From the NCBI RefSeq assembly GCF_009914755.1, contig NC_060925.1: 64,000 bases of DNA; one strand, 5' to 3'. The position numbers and the translations under genes are program-made. This document shows, in pieces, positions 55,116-64,000 of the stretch. The first letter of the stretch is position 1; every line of letters starts with the position of its first letter. The DNA comes from the human T2T-CHM13v2.0 reference genome, Homo sapiens. The notes beneath the pieces are model-generated. The model was not told the origin of the DNA, made no database searches, and worked only from the letters and a program-made list of their open reading frames with translations.

Positions 55116-55317
55116 GCAGAATGACATTATCGTTACATCTACACTTGAATGTATTTTATATTGCATTTAAATTTATTTACATGTATTTTAACTTAACTGG
55201 TAAAATTCTGAAGCATGGGTATAATTATTCTCTTAATGCACCTTATTCTTTTAAATTTCTGAATTAATGGAATCTGTAGACATTATTACAAAGATATATC
55301 TGAGCCAGTTATATTAC

Positions 55318-56057
55318 TGAAATCACCTTTGCAAAAATTATGACAGTGAGAAAAATATGACATAGGAAAATTATGACAGTAAAGGAAATCTGACCTAACC
55401 AACTCCATCTTGGTTCTAACCTCCAAGCTGTCCTTGTTCATTCCCGGGTACAGGCTGAACTAACTTTGAGAGGAATTTAGCTCATGGTTTAACTTTGAAA
55501 CAAAGATGATAACAGCCTTCCCCAAAACAAATCCCCTCCTTGTTTGGGGACCAGATTGCCTTTGTAAAACTAACAAAATTACCCACAAGATTAGGAATTA
55601 TGGAGTCATGCAACCAGAGATCACAAGATTCCTAAGCTCAATTGCTCTGATAGATAACATTACTGTTGTAAAACCTAAGATTGGTGTTCGAAGCATTTTT
55701 CAGACCCTGCATTCTGATAGACCAGCTGGTGCCACCCAGACTGGTAAACTGGCTCATCTGGTTTTGTGGCCCCCACCCAGGAACTGACTTAATGCAAGAG
55801 GACAGCTTGGACTCCCTGTGATTCCATCCCTGACCCAATTTATCACCATTCCCCATTCCCTAGCTCCCTACCCGCCAAACTGTCTTACAAAAATCCTAGC
55901 CTCTGACTTTTTGGGGAGGCTGATTTGAGTAACAATAAAACTCCAGTCTCCAATTTAGCCAGCTCTACATGTATTAAACTTTGTCTACTGTAATTCCCAT
56001 CTGGATAAATCAGTTCCATCTGGACAGTGGGCAAGAAGAATCTGTTGGGCAATTACA
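55318..56057 (+). mobile_element. LTR8/LTR8A (ERV1) solo LTR
   Basis: Starts tgaaatcacctttgcaaaaattatgacagtgag and ends gggcaattaca; 4-bp TSD TTAC at 55314-55317 and 56058-56061. Confidence 0.9.
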
Positions 56058-56189
56058 TTACCCACTGACAAAGTAAAAATCCGGTGCTTGGAGTGAGCAG
56101 ACCAAATACACAACACCCTTTAAAATATGGTGCTTGCAGGGATCTGCTTTTTATTTTGTAGTTTATTGTGAAGTGTGGGTGGTGTGATG

Positions 56190-56360
56190 GGCCAAGCACA
56201 AAACCTGCAGTTGATGATGTGGGTTCATGCTTTACCCTGATTATTATTAGGTGTATGACTTTGGACTTGTTAGAGAATCACTGAAATTCATTTAGAGGTT
56301 AATAATAACACCTATCTCACAGAGTGGATCTGAGAATTAAGTGAGATATTAGTGAAAAAC
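56190..56360 (+). mobile_element. MIR fragment
   Basis: aataataacacctatctcacagagtggatctgagaattaagtgagat. Confidence 0.6.
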
Positions 56361-57002
56361 TCCCCAGAGATGATAAGTCCTACATTCATCTAAATTGTTG
56401 CTGTCATTATTTCTGTCTGCCACATTATCCTGGCACAAGATTTAGTGGGGATTCATTGAGCAGGTGAGAGGTGATGTGGAAAAGATCCATAAAATTACCT
56501 CATTAGCTCTGAGAACCTATCACTAGCTCTTCAGATGGAGCAGTGAGAACAGGCTGGGATCAAACAGTATGGAGAAAAGAATCTCCTTGGTTCTCCTTTC
56601 ATGGGAAATTGCATCAGAAGTTCCTGTGGATGGCTTGTTAATTGGTGAGCATTCTGATTCAACACTGTGTCTCTCAGAATATAGTAAACAACCAAGGTTA
56701 CACTATCCACATCAAATGATTAATGCAATATGCTTATAATTGTTTTGTGATTTTGCCAATTTTCTCATATATATAACAACTCAGTGTTTTGCAAGTCAGC
56801 AAAGCCCATTGATATTGTTCTTTATGGGCTCAAATTATTTCACATCCATGGTTAACACTACTTCAAACTGATTGACAAAATTAGGGGGCAAAACGAGAAA
56901 AGGTGTATTTGGTTGTGCTATTCTTGACACATAACCCAGTTGATTCACTGTTGCCAAAGCCCACCAACTCCACATCTGAGACCTTTGATTCCATTTTATG
57001 AT

Positions 57003-57575
57003 TTTTAATCAACTTCATTGAGGTATAATTTACATAAAACAAATGGAAACATTCAAATTATCCAGTTTCACGAGTCTTGACAAATGTATACACCATGTAA
57101 CCACTACCCCAATAAATATATAGAACATTTTCCCCCAAAAGTTCCCTTTTGCCATTTTGCAGTAAATTCTCCTACCCTCTTGCACTCCCCACTCCCGATA
57201 GTCATTACTTTGATTTCTATCATCATAAGTTGATTTTGCTTGTTCTGGAACTTCATATAAATGAAATCATATAATATCCACTCTATGTGCCTAGTTTCCT
57301 CTGCTCAGCAAGTTTTTGAAATTCATCCCTATTGTGTGTATCATTAATTTGTTCCTTTTTAATGTGAAGTAGTATTCATTGTATGGAAGTGCCACAATTT
57401 GTTTAACCATTCAGCTACTTATGAATTGTTTCCAGCTTGTAGCTGTTATAAATAAAGCTTCTATAAACATTTATGTACAAATCTTTGTAGACATTTTTAT
57501 TTTTCCTGGGTCCATACTTGGAAATATAAGGTCATATGGTAAGTCTCTGTTATGTAAGAAGTTTCTAAATTGGTT
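57003..57575 (-). mobile_element. L1MB/L1ME 3'UTR fragment
   Basis: ttgaggtataatttacata...catgtaaccactaccccaat...gaacttcatataaatgaaatcat. Confidence 0.8.
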
Positions 57576-58589
57576 CTTTTCCATGCAAACCTGACACACA
57601 CACAAACAAACCCTGACATAATTATTATAGACCTTTGGGCTAATGGACTAAATGACATCAAAATGAGGCCACATGGTCTGGAAACATGAGGGGGAAAGGA
57701 TGTCACAGAAGTAGTAGAGGAGGTGGTATCAGATGGGGGACTTGAGAAAACAGAAGTGTTTTCAACAAAACCTGCAATTATTGTTTGTCTGAAGTAAATT
57801 ACCTTCTTCATAGCAGAACATTTGGCTATATGAGAAAGTACTATTTATCCTAGAGAAATGATCATCATATAGGTAAATGGATTTTATTTGACATCTGAAA
57901 GAACAGTGCTAGGAAAATACTCACCGATGAACACTTTGAGAAAGATCGAGGAACGCTTTAGTCTTCATTATGCACCAACAAATAAAAGGTAACACGTAGA
58001 GTGGACGGAGCATAATTTTAAATCTCCCCAGAACTGGGTTCAAATTTTGCTTGGCTTTGCCATCTGTATTGTTTTATCCAATCATTTCCCCCTCTGAACC
58101 TGTCCCAACATGTGCAATTGTAAGTAATAATAGTTTACTCATGGCACTGCTGGATGGTTAACCAAGGTTAAGTCTCAAAGTGAGAGTATCAATGGAAGGT
58201 GATCCCTTCAATGTAAATTTCTTCTTTCTTCCCTCCTTACCCTTGTGCAATTCTAGTAAGCTTAAATTGTAAATCTGCTTAACTTGCAAGCTGTTAAATC
58301 AAGGGAAACAAACTGCAGATGGGACTACATTGGAGGTAAAGAATCCAATGTTTATACAATTCTGAATCTTGGTAAATGACCTAATCTTTGCTAAAGGAAA
58401 AATACTACTGAGTGGGGAAAGAATAAGGAAAACAACTAAATGATCTCCACATTGCTAATACATGAGAATTTCATATTGCTTTTACAGAATTTTAAAACTG
58501 TATGTCATGACATGGCTGTATTTATAGATTTCATGAAAAGTGGCCAAGTCTTGTTATAGGAAACATTCATTCATGTCATCACCCATGAT

Positions 58590-58745
58590 CATTCATTATT
58601 GTTAATATTTATAGAGTACTGTGTGCCAAGCAATGGGCCAAATGCTTTACATACATTATTTCCTTTATTCCTCACAAAACCTCTATGAGGTAATATCATT
58701 ACACCTGTTTTATAAGTGGGAAATTTGTGTTTCAGAGCGGTTGGG
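58590..58745 (-). mobile_element. MIR
   Basis: tactgtgtgccaagc...ctttacatacattatttc...cctcacaaaacctctatgaggta. Confidence 0.75.
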
Positions 58746-58753
58746 TGCTGGAC

Positions 58754-59292
58754 CACACTCTCACATGCACACACACTCTCACATGCTCACATTCATACAC
58801 GCACATACACTCTCACATGCTCATACACATTCATATACATGCACACACATGCTCACACAGGCTTTCATACACACACTCACATGCTCACACACATTCATAC
58901 ATGCACACACATGCACACTCATTCATACATGCACACACATGCTCAGACTTTCATACACACACACATGCACACACACATTCATACATGCACGCACACTCTC
59001 ACATGCTCACACACATTCATACATGCACACACTCATGCTCACACATATACATGCACACACTCACATGCTCACATTCATACATGCACACACACTCTCACAT
59101 GCTCACATTCATACATGCACATACTCTCATGCTCACACACATTCATATATGCACACTCACATGCTCACACACATTCATATATGCACACTCACATGCTCAC
59201 ACACGTTCATACATGCACACACACGCTTACACACTCATACATGCATACACTCTCACATGCAAACATATTCTCACATTCTTGCACACACATAC
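58754..59292. repeat. Degenerate CA-rich tandem repeat (units like CACATGCTCACACACATTCATACATGCACACACT)
   Basis: Directly visible; produces the His/Thr-rich ORFs in all three plus frames. Confidence 0.95.
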
Positions 59293-59293
59293 T

Positions 59294-59430
59294 AAAATGA
59301 ACAAACTAGCCACAAGATTAAAAATTATGGCTCAGGAGTCATGCAGCTAAAGGCTACAAGATTCCTAACCTTCCCAATTGCTCCTATAAATAATGTTACT
59401 ATTGCAAAACCTAAATTTGTGTTTGAAGTT
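59294..59430 (+). mobile_element. Internal LTR8-family fragment embedded in the CA-rich repeat
   Basis: Homologous to about 55565-55693 (ccacaagatta...ggagtcatgca...caagattcctaa...aaaacctaa); CA-rich sequence resumes at about 59431. Confidence 0.8.
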
Positions 59431-60269
59431 CACACATGAACACAGTCTCACATGTGTGCACACACACATTTTCTTGTTCCTGCCCCTACCTCCAAAGTGG
59501 AGGTAGCAAAAATTCACTGTTGTCTCAGAAAGTTAGATCTTGGCAAATAAATATTTGCTCACATAAGTCAAGCATTGCATTTCCCCCTGGCTGCTGAGCC
59601 TGTTCTCACACACACAGGGAAGTCAGCTGCAGGGCAGGATGCCATTTCATAGGTGAACATGTCACATGGAATTAGACCACTTTTTCCCAGGTCCTGCTGA
59701 ACCTGCACCTAGTGAAAAAAAAACTACTATGTCTGCTGCAATACACTGATACCTTGATTAGTGAATTCCTGAAGAACTCATGTATAAGAAATGGGAGAGT
59801 CCACTCATTTGTTTTCATTTATTAAAAAATACCCTTATTCTGTGAAGCAGAATTACCTGTATTTGCAGCTGCATGACAAAAATGCCTCAATATAAAGCTC
59901 CCCCCAACCCCCACCCCCCGCCCATTGGCTATTTTAAGATAAGTTGGCAATAAATTTAGGCTGAGTTAGAATGTAAATATGAAATAGACTGGTTCCTCAG
60001 ATGTGAGGCATAGATAGGCACATTACATACTTTGGTAGCATAGAGGAAGGTACCAGGTATGATGCAATGGCAAGGGAGATTTTCTGGAGGAATGTTGCCT
60101 GGCCAGTCTAACAGAGGTGTTAAGATCCTAAGCACTAGTTCTACTGCCAGCAAGCCATGTGGTTTGGGGCTAGTTTCTTAACTTCCCTAAACACCAGCTG
60201 GTTCACTTGCAATGAGGGTGATAATATTTGCTCACAGTTTTGTATTCCTTGGCTTTCAAGAAATTGCAC

Positions 60270-61335
60270 AATCCTCTTTCCTTTCCACTACCTTCTCCTT
60301 TCCCTTTCTCTGTCATTTGTACTTTCTAACGTGGGGCTCCTCAAGTCTCACACCTTGGGCTTCTCTATTTCCACATGCTATGCTCCCTTGGTTCAAACCT
60401 TGCCTGCAGTCACATCTCTACCCACTCCACCTCAATCTTGCCTCCGTTTCAATCGCATGCTGGACATTTCCACGTAGACACTCTGCCAAGGCATTTGAAA
60501 TTCAACAAGTGTAAAGCTGAATATGGATAGTTCTTTTAAATAGGGCTGCTAATCTCACAAACTCCAAACTTCCGAGTCCTCTTCAACATCTTTTTCCCCA
60601 CTGTTCCTTATCTAATCAGTTGCCAAATTCTGTGGCTTATTACTTTGAAACTTGTTTGGTCAGAGCAGGAATGGAAATTCAAAAGTCTATAATAATTGTG
60701 TCAGGAGTTTTACAGAGCAACAGGACTGGAACTCCTTAATATAGATTTATTAATTTTAAAACTAAAAGACATTTTTGTTCTCTAAACACCTGGACTGTTG
60801 TAATTAGCTAAATTGGATCTTTGCTTACACAGCCATTCCCATTCCAGCATCTTAGATGCAAATTCCAAATTACCCAGGTGCTTCCTCCTTACAAGTGTCA
60901 ACCGTCCTTTAATGCTTCTGAATGGTGTAAAAGGCACAGGCCTTGCCTTTAAGGCTCTCTCAAATCTCTTTCCAGCCTCTCTTACCCTCTTGTTCCATTG
61001 CCATTGCCTCAATTCAGTTCTCCATACTCTCCCTAAACTAAACTCCTTACTATTCCTGGAATCAACAGGACTGACCCCAAACCTTTGTTCGTATCTCATC
61101 TCTTTTCCTATTTTTGCCCTATTGCATTGACACTTGTCATATTTAGTTGAATCACTGGGCCTTTAGCCTTCCCCGCTCCAATTACCACACTCCCTTCTTT
61201 CCTTTCTGAAGCCCCATACCACTTTGGTTGTGATATTTGTATAGCATTTATCATGGAAAACCTCCCTACTAGATTGTAGATTCTCAAACACAAGTATTGA
61301 CACTTAGTGGGTTTCTGTATACTAGGGAAGTTTAT
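60270..61335 (+). mobile_element. L2 relic
   Basis: gctggacatttccacgtag...gaaattcaacaagtgtaaagctgaa; tactagattgtagattctc. Confidence 0.55.
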
Positions 61336-61534
61336 TAAACAGTCTTTGATTTAGTCATTGTATGGTTCCTGGGATAAGAGTAAGAACCGTGGTCCCTTGC
61401 TCTGTCAAAATCATAAACCTATTTTCTTTGTATTTTGACTTAATTACATAAGCTTGTTTTGGATTGGAAGGTCTATAGAGACTATTTTAGTGCCAAATGC
61501 TATTTAATCAATGCAGAAATAAGCCCTTGAGAGG

Positions 61535-61582
61535 TGCAGTGACTCAGCTGAGGACACACTGATAGTTTCTGGTAGATAAGTA
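61535..61582. promoter_or_regulatory. Candidate enhancer core: NF-E2/ARE/AP-1 site, E-box and two GATA sites
   Basis: TGCAGTGACTCAGCTGAGGACACACTGATAGTTTCTGGTAGATAAG in non-repeat DNA; motif match only. Confidence 0.45.
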
Positions 61583-61704
61583 TGAAGCCTTGGAACTACT
61601 TCTCATATCATAAGCCCCTGGGTTCCCAAATCACCTCCCCAAGTACCTAATTCATCATCCTCTGCATACAAGAAATTTTTGCTCATTCCAATAAAAAGAA
61701 TGTA

Positions 61705-61900
61705 GTACGGCAGGACAGGAGAAGTACAGGTTTTGGAATCAAACTAGGTTTAGATTCTGACCTGGTCGCTAGTTAGTGCATGGGCTTTGGTAAACAGCCT
61801 CTCAGCCTGTTTCCTTGTCTGCAAAATATGGATAGTTATCTTCACTTCATGAAGTTGTGTTGGTGAAATGGTATAATGTGTATAAAGCAACTGGAACACA
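61705..61900 (+). mobile_element. MIR
   Basis: caggttttggaatcaaactagg...ctctcagcctgtttccttgtctgcaaaat. Confidence 0.7.
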
Positions 61901-62109
61901 ACAAATGAGGCCATTTATTTAAAATAATCTTTAGTAAGTTATAAATTCACATATTTGCTTTTTTCTGAGGAATGCTTAGATTTTATCATAGATCTCTTTT
62001 CTAAATTGAGTAAATACATAGTGGATTTCTTTGTTTCCTTCCCCTCAGAATGTTGAAATTTGGCTGATTGTAACTATTACTTAAGACTCTATCCAGTAAT
62101 TGTTCGTAA

Positions 62110-62447
<338 letters not shown>

Positions 62448-63435
62448 TAACTAAGTATGCTGGAAGGTGAATGCTTAGGACATTTAGTGTCACTGAGCTG
62501 TGTGATAGAGATAATATTTTTGACACTTTGCAGAGCTCATTGTTTTCTCTCCATATAAAGCTATGACATTCACATAATAAACATGTAGAGAGCTTTAACA
62601 GACTTCAATGTTAAGTCTTCTAACAGCTGCATAACTGGTCTTGCTTGAACCTGTCTTTTTCATAATGCTACCTTGCCTTTCACACCAATTCTGTGAGCCC
62701 AAGCAGGAATGAAGATTACCTATCTCTAATGGCAGGACAGAAGGGAGTGGTGGTTAAGGTTACTGGAGGTTATTGGGGGAATAAATGAAGACCTCATGCC
62801 ACTTCTAAACACTGCCAGGACCTAACATACCTTGTGTTTTTATATCCAATATGGGAGTAAAGGTTAGATATTTTAACATCAAATATGAGGATGACACTAG
62901 ATGGTTTTAAAAGCCCCCCACCATAACTTCTAAACTCCACAATGTTCGAATATTGTTAGGTTTCAGTGAAATCCTACAGTAGTCCCTTGCTTGGAATCAC
63001 TGTAGGATTGGCTCCAGCAATGGGCAACACAAGGTTTGGTTCTATACAGTAGGTATGGGTCAAAGAAAATGCTATGATTGAAAAATTGCTGTTTTCCTCC
63101 TCAAAAAGCTCATACCAACCAGGAAAGAGCTATCAGAAAACCTTCAGGAAAGAATATAATGATAGGATATAACAAATACCCCCACAGCTGGTCCATAGAC
63201 CAAAGTATAATTCCAAGTAGGGAATTTCACTTAACGAGGTAAGGCATTTAAGGGAAAAGGAATCTAGGCTAGGACTCTGCTAGCCAGACCCAGATAAATT
63301 ATTACAGGGAAGCATGTTCTTGAGGCTATTCTCTATGAAGAAGGGCAACCCACCTTGCCATCTATATCCTTTCTGTTTTCGACAGGGGTGGTCCTAAGCT
63401 GGATAGATCTTTACTCTGACCAGTACCATATAGGT

Positions 63436-63549
63436 CTGTGGTTCTCAAACCTGGCTGCACAGTGTGGCACTTTAAGTAATCCTGATACCCAGTCCCATCC
63501 CCAAAGATGCTGATTTAATTTGTCTAAGGTGCAGTTTGGGCCTCTGGAT
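63436..63549. mobile_element. MER5-type hAT MITE fragment, interrupted by L1PA
   Basis: gtggttctcaaacctggctgcac...tgatttaatttgtct. Confidence 0.7.
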
Positions 63550-64000
63550 TGGAACCAACCCATATACCCATCAATGATAGACTGGATAAAGAAAATGTGG
63601 CACATATACACCATAGAATACTACACAGCCATAAAAAAGGATGAGTTCATGTCCTATGCAGGGACATGGATGAAGCTGGAAACCATCAACCTCAGCAAAC
63701 TAACATAAGACCAGAAAACCAAACACTGCATGTTCTTACTCATAAGTGGGAGTTGAACAATGAGAATACACAGACACAGGGAGGGGAACATCACACACGG
63801 GGGCCTGTTGGAGGGTGGGGGTTAGGGGAGGGATAGCATTAGGAGAAATACCTAATGTAGATGTTGGGTTGATGGGTGCAGCAAACCACCATGGCACGTG
63901 TATACCTATGTAACAAACCTGCATGTTCTGCACATGTATTCCAGAACTTAAAGAATATATATTTATATATGTATAAATATATATGAATATATAAATATAA
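63550..64000 (+). mobile_element. L1PA (about L1PA7) 3' end with an AT-rich tail
   Basis: ggaaccaaccc...gggagggatagcattaggagaaatacctaatgtagatg...cagaacttaaag then (TA)-rich tail. Confidence 0.93.

Noticed and set aside
58621-59350. Three long His/Thr-rich ORFs (194-224 aa)
   Set aside because: They arise from a stop-free CA-rich tandem repeat that is open in all three frames; there is no evidence of coding

Overview
This is human genomic DNA: an AluYb8 with its diagnostic 7-bp duplication sits at 51027-51310. It is AT-rich, CpG-poor and repeat-dense, and I found no recognisable protein-coding gene, structural RNA gene or CRISPR array, so it is intergenic or deep-intronic. The first 25 kb is mostly nested L1 (L1MA/L1MB/L1PA) with Alu, MLT2A, MER85, MLT1 and a split L2. 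The rest carries a complete THE1 provirus, MER11 and LTR8 solo LTRs with TSDs, MER75, MER3, MER94, L2/MIR relics, an old L1ME and a CA-rich tandem repeat. Most ORF-track entries are repeat-derived or look like chance ORFs. I cannot demonstrate a new biological system here. The best leads are a ~220-bp inverted duplication with promoter-like motifs, a ~260-bp direct duplication of apparently unique DNA, a probable Gypsy integrase fossil near a minus-strand exon-intron-exon pattern, an L1 with two 3' ends, a foreign LTR8 patch inside a microsatellite, repeated fold-back scars, and several candidate enhancer motif clusters. Repeat family names come from recalled consensus sequences, and boundaries without a TSD are approximate; RepeatMasker/Dfam should confirm them.
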